Source: an uncultured Acidobacteriota bacterium (GTDB taxonomy: Bacteria; Acidobacteriota; Blastocatellia; RBC074). From it: DNA of 64,000 nt. Of this stretch, positions 17,215 to 27,808 are shown one piece after another. Each line of letters starts with the position of its first letter. The stretch's first letter is position 1. A program made the position numbers and the translations under genes. Below the pieces are notes generated by a model. It was not told the DNA's origin and ran no database searches. It worked only from the letters and a program-made list of their open reading frames with translations. The stretch lies in the NCBI GenBank assembly GCA_963796275.1, contig CAWCKY010000003.1, positions 768,001-832,000 of the forward strand. The letters are read 5' to 3'.

Positions 17215-18375
17215 TCAGTTGACGAAATTTGGATGGCCTATGCTGGTTTGCCAATTCCGATTGATTACCTGCTGCGCGAATTCCCGGAGAGCCAGATAAT
17301 GATCGCTGAAAATATTTTTCTGGTCGTGAGAGAGCGATGCTGTCCCACGACAGACCTCGCTGAAAGAAATCAGGCCGTCGATCTCGAGCGCGTATTTTAA
17401 ACACGCGATCATCTTCGGCACACACGCGCCGGACTCTTCGAACTTGCAGATCGCCTCAAATCGGGAGCACAAATCCCGATACTGCTCGATCATCTCTTCA
17501 TCCCCAGCCCAACAAACGCGCCAGGCTTTCTGCCATTCGCGAGGCATGACATTGGCGGGTCCGGATACCACTCCGATCGGCGGCGTATCGTTCAAGAGAT
17601 AGTCGCGCCACCCTTCGCGGAGGCGTCCGAACAGGCCGTGGCTTGGGCGATAGAGTTCGAAAATCAACATAGCGTTCCCGATGTAAACGCCGAACTCATC
17701 CCGTTGTTTGTAATGCAGAGCCGCCTTGGTGTAATTGCCGAGCGCACGCCGCGGAGCGGATACCTTGATTCCGCGGATCCACGGCAACCGGCTGAGGTGT
17801 TTGACTATCCCCGTTCGAATATGGGGAGCGCGGCCGGGAGCGGAGATTTCGGCATTGTCGTAAAGGAATACCGGTAATTCACGCCGGGATGCCTCCAGCA
17901 GATTCGTCAGGTCGCGTTGAAAAAAACGCACAATGCCGATCTCTTCCAGGTCCTCGATCGCCAGCGGCGCGATAACCGCCGCGTCAGCGCCGAGCTGGAT
18001 TGCGGCATCGAGGTTGGACAAAACTTCAGCGCGCGTACTGCCATTGATTCCGACCCAGGCTTCAACTTTTGATTGCGGACTGCGAGTCGCTGCTGATCCG
18101 GCTTGCTGGCTAAAGGCGGAGGGTTCACGAGAGACGAGTTCTTCATTGATGCGACGCACTTCATCAACTTCGATCTCCATGACTCGTTGGCGTTGTGAAT
18201 TGGAAAGGCGATTCCATTCACCAGTCGTCCCAACGCCGAAGACTATATCGGCGCCGCAACCGTCTTGGATGATGTGACGCAGGACGCGCCGTTGCTCCTT
18301 TTCGTTAACACGCCCTGTTTCATCCAGAACGGTGATAACGGGAATATTCAGCCCTCGTTTCAAGGTGTAAATCAT
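17215..18375 (-). CDS. Dihydrodipicolinate synthase/N-acetylneuraminate lyase family protein (divergent)
   Basis: GVGTTGE, LYDN, GIKVS (Schiff-base Lys) and GVVSGPANV; start at ATG 18375. Confidence 0.85.
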   Translation of the reverse strand: MIYTLKRGLNIPVITVLDETGRVNEKEQRRVLRHIIQDGCGADIVFGVGTTGEWNRLSNSQRQRVMEIEVDEVRRINEELVSREPSAFSQQAGSAATRSPQSKVEAWVGINGSTRAEVLSNLDAAIQLGADAAVIAPLAIEDLEEIGIVRFFQRDLTNLLEASRRELPVFLYDNAEISAPGRAPHIRTGIVKHLSRLPWIRGIKVSAPRRALGNYTKAALHYKQRDEFGVYIGNAMLIFELYRPSHGLFGRLREGWRDYLLNDTPPIGVVSGPANVMPREWQKAWRVCWAGDEEMIEQYRDLCSRFEAICKFEESGACVPKMIACLKYALEIDGLISFSEVCRGTASLSHDQKNIFSDHYLALREFAQQVINRNWQTSIGHPNFVN

Positions 18376-18379
18376 GTTT

Positions 18380-19831
18380 TTACCTTCTTCTCCACAATAC
18401 ACATACAAAAAATCCTTCCGTCCCATGCCGGTGAGAAAAAGTTCGAGCTCCGAATGAAGACGTCAACAAAGTCACGGGGTCGAGACCCAGTCCCGTCAAA
18501 CGTTCGCGCGTAAGATCGCGAAACTCAGGATGATTTTGACGGAACCGCGCGATAACATCTTCGCCCTCCTCCACCTCGGTCGAGCAGACAGAATAAGTGA
18601 GCAGACCGCCAGGACGCACTTGTCCGGCTGCATTTGTGATCAACCTATCCTGCAGGGCGGCCAGCTCGCGTATTTTTTCGATGCTCATACGCCATTTGAT
18701 CTCGGGATTTCGTTGAAGAGTTCCCAACCCGGAACACGGAGCATCGACCAGGACCGTATCGAATGAACCTGGTCGCGGAAATGGCAGCTCGCCTGCGGCA
18801 TCGAGTTGCACAGGATTTATCCTCGTCTTCCCAAGTTTTGATGCAAGCTCTTTCATCGTCCGCAGGCGATGCAGATGGAGGTCTCCCGCAACGATCAAAG
18901 AGTTTGCGGGTAGGAGGGAGGCGAGGAGCGTAGTTTTGTTTCCCGGAGCGGCGCAGAGATCGATGAGGCGAATGCGATTTGTGGATATGGACGATTGGGC
19001 GACAGTGCGGCTGGGTGAATTTTTTTCATCGCCACCTTCCCCGGTCGCACCGTCCCCATGTCGCAAATCCGCGCTCAGATGCGCGACAAGCTGAGAGGCT
19101 TCGTCTTGCAGGTAAATCCAACCGTCACGTACGGGGTCTGGCGCGAGACTTCCGGATTCGATGATTTCGGCTCCCGGCGTCAGTTCGGATTTACGAGTTT
19201 TGATCCCGTGGTCATCGAGCCAGGCGCGCGTCGCTTCCTCGGATAAGGATTCCGTGTTGAACCGGAACGCAGTGCGCGGCGCATAGTTATGCGACAGCGC
19301 AAGCGCGCGGGTTTCATCCTCGCCGAAGCGATCGATCCATCGCCGGATAAGCCAAGATGGATGCGACGTCTCAATCGCCATTCTTGCAAGAGGGTCATTG
19401 ATCGGAAAAATTAGGTCCGGGTTCCTCTGCGCCGCTCGCAGCACGGCATTGACGAGCGGGGCTGCGCTGGCCTTCTTGTCCTCCTTGACCAGATTGACCG
19501 ATTCGTTGATTGCCGCGTGAGGTGGGATACGCGAGAGATTTCGCAGTTGATAAAGTCCCAGCCGTAAGGCTATGACGACTTCGGGGTCGAACTTGTTCAG
19601 ATCTCTTTGCGCGTAATGCTCGATGAGAAAATCGAGCTGTCCTTGCCAGCGCAAAACACCGAGTGTTAGCTCCTGAGCGAGCGCGTGGTCCTCTCGCGTC
19701 AGATCGTCATAGCGGTTGGAAGCCAGCAAATTGCCGGCGTAGGCGCCCTCACTGATAACCCGCCGGAGCACATCGAACGCCGCCCGCCGCGCAGCGGCCA
19801 CTCTGGACCTACCTCTATCCAAATCGATCAC
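18380..19831 (-). CDS. rsmB: 16S rRNA m5C967 methyltransferase (RsmB/Sun, with NusB-like N-domain)
   Basis: [43 protein letters not shown] and YSVCS; follows fmt. Confidence 0.93.
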   Translation of the reverse strand: MIDLDRGRSRVAAARRAAFDVLRRVISEGAYAGNLLASNRYDDLTREDHALAQELTLGVLRWQGQLDFLIEHYAQRDLNKFDPEVVIALRLGLYQLRNLSRIPPHAAINESVNLVKEDKKASAAPLVNAVLRAAQRNPDLIFPINDPLARMAIETSHPSWLIRRWIDRFGEDETRALALSHNYAPRTAFRFNTESLSEEATRAWLDDHGIKTRKSELTPGAEIIESGSLAPDPVRDGWIYLQDEASQLVAHLSADLRHGDGATGEGGDEKNSPSRTVAQSSISTNRIRLIDLCAAPGNKTTLLASLLPANSLIVAGDLHLHRLRTMKELASKLGKTRINPVQLDAAGELPFPRPGSFDTVLVDAPCSGLGTLQRNPEIKWRMSIEKIRELAALQDRLITNAAGQVRPGGLLTYSVCSTEVEEGEDVIARFRQNHPEFRDLTRERLTGLGLDPVTLLTSSFGARTFSHRHGTEGFFVCVLWRRR

Positions 19832-20762
19832 CTCTGCTGAGCTTAACTCCGTTGAGGAAATCGCGGGCCGACATGGCGCGCTTTCCTTCAGGCTGAACCT
19901 CAGTAATGCGCAATCTTGTCCCCTCGCTGCAAGTTACAACAAAGCTCTCCTTCGTGACTTCGCACACAACGCCGGGTTCAATTGGCGGCAAAGATGCGCC
20001 TGCGGTCTCGATCTGAGCTCCGACGATCTCCAACCGCCGGCCATCAAAATATGTATAGCAACCGGGGAACGGGGTGAATCCGCGCAGCCGATCGAATATC
20101 TCCTGCGCGCCGGTCTCCCAGTTCACCTGGCCGTCTTCACGCTTGAGGATTGGGGCCAGGGTCGCTTCATCATCGTTTTGCCGGCTCGGGGTTATTTCGC
20201 CGCGCTCGAGTTTGCTCAGTGTCTCGATCAGAAGCTGAGCGCCTATCTCTGCCAAACGATGCGTCAGCGAGACGGCATTCTCGTCTCTCCCGATCTCCGT
20301 CGCGCGCAGTCCGAGGATTGCTCCTGTATCGAGTCCCGCATCCATCTGCATGATGGTGACGCCTGTCACACGTTCACCTCGCGCGATCGCCCAATTGATC
20401 GGCGCGGCGCCGCGGTATTTGGGAAGCAGAGAAGAATGAACGTTGATGCATCCGTAACGCGGCGCCGCGAGCATCCAGCCGGGCAGAATTCGACCGTAGG
20501 CCGCAATAATTCCCGCGCATGCATCTTTGAAGACCGGTTCGAAACGTTCGCGTGCCTCGGCATTCTTGATTTTTTCCGGCTGAAGAATCAGTAGCCCGTG
20601 TTGCGATGCAAAGGCTTTAACCGGAGGCGGAGTGATGGTCTGTCTGCGGCCGACTGGGCGATCCGGTTGCGTAAAGACCGCAATTATTTCGTGTTCGGCT
20701 TCGATGAGCCTGCTAAGAGAGGGAACCGCGAACTCTGGGGTTCCCATAAATACGAGTTTCAT
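19815..20762 (-). CDS. fmt: Methionyl-tRNA formyltransferase
   Basis: [39 protein letters not shown] and MDAGLDTG. Confidence 0.97.
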   Translation of the reverse strand: MKLVFMGTPEFAVPSLSRLIEAEHEIIAVFTQPDRPVGRRQTITPPPVKAFASQHGLLILQPEKIKNAEARERFEPVFKDACAGIIAAYGRILPGWMLAAPRYGCINVHSSLLPKYRGAAPINWAIARGERVTGVTIMQMDAGLDTGAILGLRATEIGRDENAVSLTHRLAEIGAQLLIETLSKLERGEITPSRQNDDEATLAPILKREDGQVNWETGAQEIFDRLRGFTPFPGCYTYFDGRRLEIVGAQIETAGASLPPIEPGVVCEVTKESFVVTCSEGTRLRITEVQPEGKRAMSARDFLNGVKLSRGDRFG

Positions 20763-21001
20763 AATTTACCCTTGATGTTAAGTAGGGTGTCATATGGTTG
20801 ATTTACTTGCAAGATTTGTTTGATTCGGGATGGAATGGCTGTGGAGAAATAGTCGTGAGCGATTTATATTGCGGTTCGATAAGGATGCGTCGGGTCAAAC
20901 ACGGGGTTATAAGCCGAAAGCGCAAGGGCTTCTGTGGCCCACCAGATCAAAGAGAAGTAGACCAGATCAGTTTCTTCATAAACCTGTCCTCGCTGTCGAC
21001 T

Positions 21002-21229
21002 TCAAGATTTCGCGCGGCGTTTCACGCCGGTCAGGATAACGAGCGATTTCGGGTCATAATTTCGCCCCGTCTTTTTTGCCGCGGTTTCAAGTCGATCACG
21101 AATGGCGTCTATCCCCGGTCCCTCTTTGAGGGCGTTCTGCCAGTCCTTGCATTTATCCCGGAATTTGCATATCCAGTAGCAGACCTCGACAGCTTTTTGA
21201 CATCCGAATCGCGTACATTCGATCTGCAT
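21002..21229 (-). CDS. Small Cys-rich hypothetical protein (75 aa)
   Basis: ATG 21229 with SD AAGGAG; CTRFGC..VCYWIC..DKC cluster. Confidence 0.65.
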   Translation of the reverse strand: MQIECTRFGCQKAVEVCYWICKFRDKCKDWQNALKEGPGIDAIRDRLETAAKKTGRNYDPKSLVILTGVKRRAKS

Positions 21230-21300
21230 AAAAATCTCCTTTTTTATGTCACTGCTGATTGGCGCGTATGGTTTATGGCATTCGATCATCTACAATTCGC

Positions 21301-21386
21301 CAACTCCGAAGGTGCGACATCCCTCCAGTATCAGCTGCCGTTTCTTCGGAGCTGGAGATTTAAATCATCACCAAAGCTATAAACAA
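21301..21386. repeat. Decayed copy of the REP-like palindrome found at about 10080
   Basis: AACTCCGAAGGTGCGACAT...CTTCGGAGCTGG...CTATAAACA compared with AGCTCCGGAGGAGCGACAT...CTCCGAAGCTG...CTATAAACA. Confidence 0.55.
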
Positions 21387-21417
21387 CTACTACAAAATGA
21401 AGCTGAATTACGAATTG

Positions 21418-21532
21418 CATATGAAAACTGGCCACAGAAGCACAGAGAGAGGGAGAAATGGAGATTGCCGCCTGACATGATCAATTTTCCTTTTCTCCGT
21501 TCATCTGTGCCTCTACGACCAGTTTTCATATG
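21418..21532. repeat. Inverted-repeat element with 29-bp arms (25/29 match)
   Basis: CATATGAAAACTGGCCACAGAAGCACAGA and TCTGTGCCTCTACGACCAGTTTTCATATG. Confidence 0.7.
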
Positions 21533-21626
21533 TTTAACGCAAATGAGCAAAGACCAGTGTAAAAGATATATATTCTCCTTGAGTCTTTGCGTCTTTGCGT
21601 CAAATCGAAATTAAAGGCGCATGGAG

Positions 21627-22139
21627 TTAGAATGGAATGTCGTCCTCTTCTATGCTCACGAGCTCCTTGCCAGCCATCTCTCGGTTAGGCGTGCGTCGGG
21701 GTTTTCCCGATGATCTGCCCGGCTTCTCGTCTTCCATTCTTAAAATAGGTTCTTCGGCCTGATTGCTCTGCTCGGCTGCCTTTCCATTCTGGCTCGGTAC
21801 CGCCGCATCGCCGCGCTGACCTAGGAATTGAATGTCCGTGGCGTTGACCTCGGGGCTGATTCGCTGACTCCCTTCACGGTTGGTATACTCTTCCAAACGC
21901 AATCGCCCTTCGATATATACCTGGCGCCCTCTTGATAGATACTCATTGGCCAGTTCAGCCTGACGCCCCCAGACCGTTATGCGAAACCACGTCGTATGAT
22001 CCTCAGGCTCGCCGGCCACATTTTTTCTTCTCTCCGTCGTCGCTACGCTTAACTTGCAGACCGCGGTCCCTTGCGGCGTGTAACGCAACTCCGGATCCCG
22101 ACCGAGATACCCGACGATCATGACCTTATTGAATGACAT
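21627..22139 (-). CDS. ssb: Single-stranded DNA-binding protein
   Basis: SFNKVMIVGYLGRDPELRYT, GRQVYIEGRL and C-terminal EDDIPF. Confidence 0.97.
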   Translation of the reverse strand: MSFNKVMIVGYLGRDPELRYTPQGTAVCKLSVATTERRKNVAGEPEDHTTWFRITVWGRQAELANEYLSRGRQVYIEGRLRLEEYTNREGSQRISPEVNATDIQFLGQRGDAAVPSQNGKAAEQSNQAEEPILRMEDEKPGRSSGKPRRTPNREMAGKELVSIEEDDIPF

Positions 22140-22187
22140 TTTTTTACCCCCCTCCCCTCTGTGACTATTGACCTCAACAACATCCTG

Positions 22188-22216
22188 ATTCTAGCGGGAT
22201 ATTATCCGTGTGTCAA
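22188..22216 (-). promoter_or_regulatory. sigma70 promoter for ssb
   Basis: TTGACA-17 bp-TAGAAT on the minus strand. Confidence 0.65.
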
Positions 22217-22335
22217 GTATGAAACGCTTGATTTGTTGGTGAAACGCGAAAAATTGGGAGGGATGTCAAAAAAGTGCAGGGTATGGCAGCGCCCGTAGCA
22301 CGCATTAAGTATGTAATATATTGGAGGCTCTCAGG

Positions 22336-22842
<507 letters not shown>

Positions 22843-22907
22843 TTCCTCTTTGTAACTCCTCTTCTCAAATTGCTATGCCTCGTTCCCTGATCGAAACGCT
22901 CATCTCT

Positions 22908-24083
22908 TCAATATTCCGTGAGCTGCCGTTTGTAGCTCTCGAAATTGCGTTTCATCTCGCCCAACGAATCTCCGCCGAACTTCTCTCGCATCGCCCTCGC
23001 CAGGACGATCGCAACCATCGCTTCGCCGATCACCCCTGCTGCCGGTACCGCGGTGACATCCGATCGCTCGAAGTCCGAATCCATCGGCTCTTTCGTCTCG
23101 ATGTTAACGCTACGGAGGCGTTTACGCAAAGTAGCGATCGGTTTCAAATAGCCGCGAACGCGAACTTCTTCTCCATTCGTCATGCCGCCTTCTAGCCCGC
23201 CGGCCTTATTGGATGTCCGTCCGAACGCATGCGAACCGAAATTATAACAGATTTCGTCGTGTACTTGTGATCCGGGCTTCGATGCATTCGCCACTCCCTC
23301 GCCGATCTCGACCGCTTTTACCGCGTGGATGGACATCATGGCCTGAGCAAGTTGACCATCGATCTTGGCCGTCCAGCTGGTGTGCGATCCGAGACCGGGC
23401 AGGGAACCTCTAGCAACTACCTCGAAGATTCCACCCAGAGTGTCGCCCTCCTCCACCCCCGCCTCATCGATTCGCGCGATCATCCGTGCTTCCGCCTCTT
23501 TATCGGTGCATCTAAGTACCGCATCGTCGTAGACCGCTTCTATCTGCTCCCAGCCCGCATTCTGGTTTTCTATGGAGATCCCCCCGAGGTTGATGACGTG
23601 ACTGGCGATTCGCATATCGAATTCGCGCAGCAGCAATTTGGCGAATGCTCCGACCGCGACGCGCATCGTCGTTTCGCGCGCGCTTGCGCGTTCCAGAATG
23701 TCCCGCAGGTCGTGTCTATCGTATTTCAGTCCGCCTACCAGATCGGCGTGTCCGGGTCTCGGGCGGATCACTTTGCGGGCGCGTTCAGGCGGCGTATCCC
23801 TTTTTTCCGCCGCCATCACCTCGAGCCAGTTCGGGAAATCCCTGTTTTCGACCATTATCGCCACGGGTGATCCAAGCGTTTCACCGTGCCGGACACCTGA
23901 AAGGATTTGCATGGAGTCGGACTCGATCTTCATCCGGCCGCCGCGGCCATAACCCTGCTGGCGCCGCCAGAGTTCGTGGTTGATGAAGTCCTGCTCGATG
24001 GCCAATCCGGCGGGCAAACCTTCGATCGTTGCCACCAGAGCGCGACCGTGAGATTCGCCTGCGGTTGTGAATGTGATAGCCAT
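22908..24083 (-). CDS. aroC: Chorismate synthase
   Basis: [32 protein letters not shown] and ERSD; start at ATG 24083. Confidence 0.97.
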   Translation of the reverse strand: MAITFTTAGESHGRALVATIEGLPAGLAIEQDFINHELWRRQQGYGRGGRMKIESDSMQILSGVRHGETLGSPVAIMVENRDFPNWLEVMAAEKRDTPPERARKVIRPRPGHADLVGGLKYDRHDLRDILERASARETTMRVAVGAFAKLLLREFDMRIASHVINLGGISIENQNAGWEQIEAVYDDAVLRCTDKEAEARMIARIDEAGVEEGDTLGGIFEVVARGSLPGLGSHTSWTAKIDGQLAQAMMSIHAVKAVEIGEGVANASKPGSQVHDEICYNFGSHAFGRTSNKAGGLEGGMTNGEEVRVRGYLKPIATLRKRLRSVNIETKEPMDSDFERSDVTAVPAAGVIGEAMVAIVLARAMREKFGGDSLGEMKRNFESYKRQLTEY

Positions 24084-24225
24084 GAAGGAATTGTAGGATA
24101 TCCCATGTATTATGGGCAATTAGCTTATGCCTCCAGTTTGTTTGAACTCTTGTTTCTTCACCCCCCCTCCCTGTAAACTTTGCCCTCATTGCTCATTTTC
24201 AACTTCACCCACACTACGGAGAGCT

Positions 24226-25458
24226 ATGGAGAATACGAATAAGATCAGTCGCCGCACCTTTGTCTCGGGGTCTGCCGCCTCGGTCATCATGACTGCAGCC
24301 GGCGCGCAGAATATTCTGGGCGCCAACGAGCGGTTACGAATAGGAGTAATCGGATGCGGCGGGATGGCCAACAATCATATGCAGGCGCTTCTCAAGATGA
24401 AGGAGGATGACAATCTCGAGATTACGGCTGTCTGCGATATCTGGGAGAAACGCCTCGACGCCGCCGCATCTTTGACCGGCGGCCGACCATTCAAAGACTA
24501 TCGCGAACTACTCGATCAAAAAGAGATCGACTATGTTCTGATCGCCACCCCCGAACACTGGCACGCGCGGATGACCCTCGATGCTGCCGATGCTGGGAAG
24601 CACATATACTGCGAAAAACCAATGACTTACTCGATTGACGAGGCGAAGAAGGTGGTCAGGAAAATCGAGCAGTCGAAGGTCAAGATGCAGGTAGGCGTTC
24701 AGGGAATGTCTGACGATTCATATGAGACTGCGGCCACATACGTCAAAGAAGGCGCGCTCGGCAAAGTAGTTCAGGCGCAGATCGATTATTCGCGGAATCA
24801 CCGCGGCGATTTCTGGACCGGGGATATGGACGGAGATCTCAAGCCGGGAGAGAACCTGGACTGGAATGCGTGGCTCGGCCCGGCGCCCAAGCGCCCGTTC
24901 GATCCGGAACGTTTCTTTCACTGGCGGCGCTATTGGGATTACTCGGGCGGCATCGCGACCGATCTCTTCGTCCATCGCATAACGCGAATAATCAAAGCGC
25001 TCAATCTCAATTGTCCAGAGCGTGTAGTCGCCACCGGGGGCAAGTGGGAATTCACCAAGGGGCCAGCGGAAGTTCCCGATACCTTCGATATGATGTGCGA
25101 TTATCCGGGCGGTCCGACAGTCGTAGTCATTTCATCTATGGCGAATGACACGCCGATTCCGCACGTCATCCGCGGGCATCTGGCGACGCTCGAATTCACG
25201 CGCGACGGCTTCGTTATTCGCCCACAGGGATTGTACGCCGAAGGCAAGAGCGAGATCGTTCACAAGAAGACGGGAGGTGAAAACGTCACCTTCCACCATC
25301 GCAACCTGTGCGAGGCAATTCGCAGCGGTGCAGCTCTCAAGTGCGATGCCAAGCTCGGTTATTACGGCGTGGTTGCCGTACGGATGGCGATCGATTCTTA
25401 TCGGAAGAAGAAATATATGGCGTGGGATGAGAGGCGCGAAAAAGCAGTCGAGGCCTGA
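24226..25458 (+). CDS. Gfo/Idh/MocA oxidoreductase with Tat signal
   Basis: [22 protein letters not shown] and YCEKP; start at ATG 24226. Confidence 0.93.
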   Translation: MENTNKISRRTFVSGSAASVIMTAAGAQNILGANERLRIGVIGCGGMANNHMQALLKMKEDDNLEITAVCDIWEKRLDAAASLTGGRPFKDYRELLDQKEIDYVLIATPEHWHARMTLDAADAGKHIYCEKPMTYSIDEAKKVVRKIEQSKVKMQVGVQGMSDDSYETAATYVKEGALGKVVQAQIDYSRNHRGDFWTGDMDGDLKPGENLDWNAWLGPAPKRPFDPERFFHWRRYWDYSGGIATDLFVHRITRIIKALNLNCPERVVATGGKWEFTKGPAEVPDTFDMMCDYPGGPTVVVISSMANDTPIPHVIRGHLATLEFTRDGFVIRPQGLYAEGKSEIVHKKTGGENVTFHHRNLCEAIRSGAALKCDAKLGYYGVVAVRMAIDSYRKKKYMAWDERREKAVEA

Positions 25459-25503
25459 TGCTTCGCGCATCGGATGTCAAGGCGCACCGAAAGACACCGG
25501 CTG

Positions 25504-25610
25504 CATTTATCATTTATCATTTTACATTTTACATTTGTCATTTCACTGCGGTTGTGCGAGTCAGTGACAAATGTAAGATGTAAAATGACAAATGTGAAAT
25601 GATAAATGAT
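25504..25610. repeat. Inverted arrays of 7-bp repeats (CATTTAT/CATTTTA-type) forming a long hairpin
   Basis: About six heptamers followed by about six complementary heptamers, between convergent genes. Confidence 0.85.
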
Positions 25611-25657
25611 CGGGTACGGAGCAGAAATCGCGAGAATTCAGGTACGACAATATCTAC

Positions 25658-26500
25658 CTATCCCCAGATAGTATCGCGTATCACCCACCATAAGATGCGC
25701 GGATTTTTCTGGATCTGAGAGAAAGCGTAGGGCAACCACGAGTGTCCATATGGAATGTACAGCCGCACTCGCACGTCCAGCTCGCGTGCCACCTTCATGG
25801 CAGATTTCAAAGGTAGGCCGAACAGCAGCTCCATCTCACATGGTGTCCCGGAATCACGAAGACGTCGTAGCGCTTCGCGCGCCAGCGGCGGGTCATGCGT
25901 TGCGACTGCAACCTGACGAGCCTTCCCGGCGAGCCGGTCGACGACGGCTAAAAATCCTTCACGCAGGTCTCGTCCCGGGTCATCGGTTTCAACCCACTGG
26001 CCTTTAACGACGCGCACTCTCACGCCGGCATCGATTGCCAGTGACGCATCACGGACGCTCCTTCGCCAGCGACCGGGAAGCGTGCATCCGATACCGGGAT
26101 GATCCCGGGCAGCTTCGGTTATGAGCTCAAATGTGCGATCGGCAACTTCCGGTCCCAAAGAATCGAAGTGAATGCCGGCCCGCATGTTCTTTCCAGCCTC
26201 GATAACTTGAGTTAATAGACCTCGGTCGAAACCAATGGCTGGGGCCTTTATCGAAAGATAACAGTCAAGCTGGTTTGCCTTCAGCGCATTCAGAGCCGCG
26301 ACATATGCGTCGGCGACTTTTTCTTTGGTATCGCCATCGCCATCCCAATATCCGATGGTACTGGCCACCTTCTGCTCAGAAAACCTGTGGCAAGCCCGTA
26401 TTGCATCCGTCAGGTCAGGACCGGCGACATAAGCGCGACTGGCCAATCGGGCAATGGGAAGCGCGGAGGCGCGCATTATTCTCTGCAGATGCCGGTTCAC
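25658..26500 (-). CDS. Proline-dehydrogenase-fold flavoprotein (degenerate)
   Basis: YVAG, YLSIK, RVRVVKG, AVATHD, ELLFG and RLYIPYG; GTG start overlapping the GNAT stop. Confidence 0.8.
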   Translation of the reverse strand: MNRHLQRIMRASALPIARLASRAYVAGPDLTDAIRACHRFSEQKVASTIGYWDGDGDTKEKVADAYVAALNALKANQLDCYLSIKAPAIGFDRGLLTQVIEAGKNMRAGIHFDSLGPEVADRTFELITEAARDHPGIGCTLPGRWRRSVRDASLAIDAGVRVRVVKGQWVETDDPGRDLREGFLAVVDRLAGKARQVAVATHDPPLAREALRRLRDSGTPCEMELLFGLPLKSAMKVARELDVRVRLYIPYGHSWLPYAFSQIQKNPRILWWVIRDTIWG

Positions 26501-27582
26501 TTTTCACCTCCATTTTTCCTCAGTCTTCTGTTTATTCTCGCCCAAATGGAATTGGTCGCATCGGAAGCCATAACTGCGATGCCGCCAAAACTCAATGGAT
26601 AGCCACGCAGAGCAACGCAGGGGCGTAACAACTCGGTCCATGTGCGCGTCCAAGGTTCGGCTACTCCCAGAAATTCATATGATTTCAAAGCGCGCATAGC
26701 GGCATACCTGACAGAATAGAGCATCAGCAGATTCCCGGGAGAGCATTTTGAGAACTTGTCATCGTGACCTATTTTCAGGAGCCAGAATCGATCATCGCAT
26801 TCGATGGCTATTTGCATCCCCGCGGCCTGTCCGTCAATGCGTAAAAATACCAATCTCAATATTCCACGCGCGCTGGCAGCCAGGGCGTATTGTCGGTAAA
26901 AGGCCCCGCGTACCGGATCGGCCGCCAGAGCAGTACCCTGGGCGCCCTTCCAACTCGCCATCTCGATCTGATAAGCCTCTTCCAGAAGTGGGCCTACCTC
27001 TTCGGGCTTCGGCGACAGTATCTCGTAATTGACCTCTCCCAACTGGGCGGCGTGGCGTTGCGCCCGGCGGAAATCGGAGCGCCGGCCTGAATTGAAACAA
27101 CTTTCGGGTTCAACCCAGCTCGGATTTAGTTCAAGGTAAGGATAAGGATCGACCGGCAGTATGTGTACGATCCCACGTCTTCGGAAAGCGCTCTGAATTG
27201 CTGATATCGCGGGCGAATCTGCCGGCACCCGCCGTAACAAGATGGCGAGTCCCTGTTTCACCAGATTCCCCGCCAGAATATCGAGGGAAGCGCGGTCCGA
27301 ATATAGAAAATCCATCGGCTCATAGAGCTCTTTCACTCCGATCATTTCCAAGCGCGAAAAAAAATGCCTTCGTTTGATGAGCGGAGCGAGCGCGGTCGGC
27401 TGTCCTGCAGATCCGACCATGACGAATTGCGGTTTTCCGGCAGACTGAAATGTCTCGGCACAGGCAAGCGACCAAATGAAATGTTGCATCGGGCTATTCA
27501 TCGTGGTGCCGATGGTATTCCATGTTTGATTCAGTTCTTCGAGCTTGGTGAAAATCCGTATCTCAGTGTTATTACTAACCAT
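26497..27582 (-). CDS. GNAT acetyltransferase, CelD/BcsL (Acetyltransf_6) type
   Basis: RRSDFRRAQR, IEMASWKG, LRLVFLRIDG, KIGHDDKFSKCSPGNLL and YEFLG. Confidence 0.88.
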   Translation of the reverse strand: MVSNNTEIRIFTKLEELNQTWNTIGTTMNSPMQHFIWSLACAETFQSAGKPQFVMVGSAGQPTALAPLIKRRHFFSRLEMIGVKELYEPMDFLYSDRASLDILAGNLVKQGLAILLRRVPADSPAISAIQSAFRRRGIVHILPVDPYPYLELNPSWVEPESCFNSGRRSDFRRAQRHAAQLGEVNYEILSPKPEEVGPLLEEAYQIEMASWKGAQGTALAADPVRGAFYRQYALAASARGILRLVFLRIDGQAAGMQIAIECDDRFWLLKIGHDDKFSKCSPGNLLMLYSVRYAAMRALKSYEFLGVAEPWTRTWTELLRPCVALRGYPLSFGGIAVMASDATNSIWARINRRLRKNGGEK

Positions 27583-27808
27583 AGTATTCAAGAATAATCA
27601 GTGGCAAAGCCAGATTACCAGAGAAGCGCCGTGCAGGAGAATTGAAACTGCAACTGGTCTTCACTGGACTCGTTAAATCCGGTTTACCGCTGAAGGGATA
27701 ATAACTGCAACCGATTACCCTCTGCTCCTCTCTCTGTGTTAGGACACCGGATTTCAGATAAAACCCGGCCGAGCTGAGAAGGCATTACAGAGATCGAAAG
27801 GGATATAT

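Noticed and set aside
20798-21382. 194-aa plus-strand ORF
   Set aside because: TTG start, no motifs; overlaps the better supported minus-strand Cys-rich gene and a repeat.
25504-25610. Possible CRISPR array (also 16432-16487 and 58749-58823)
   Set aside because: Units are 7-10 bp with no unique spacers, and no cas genes are present.
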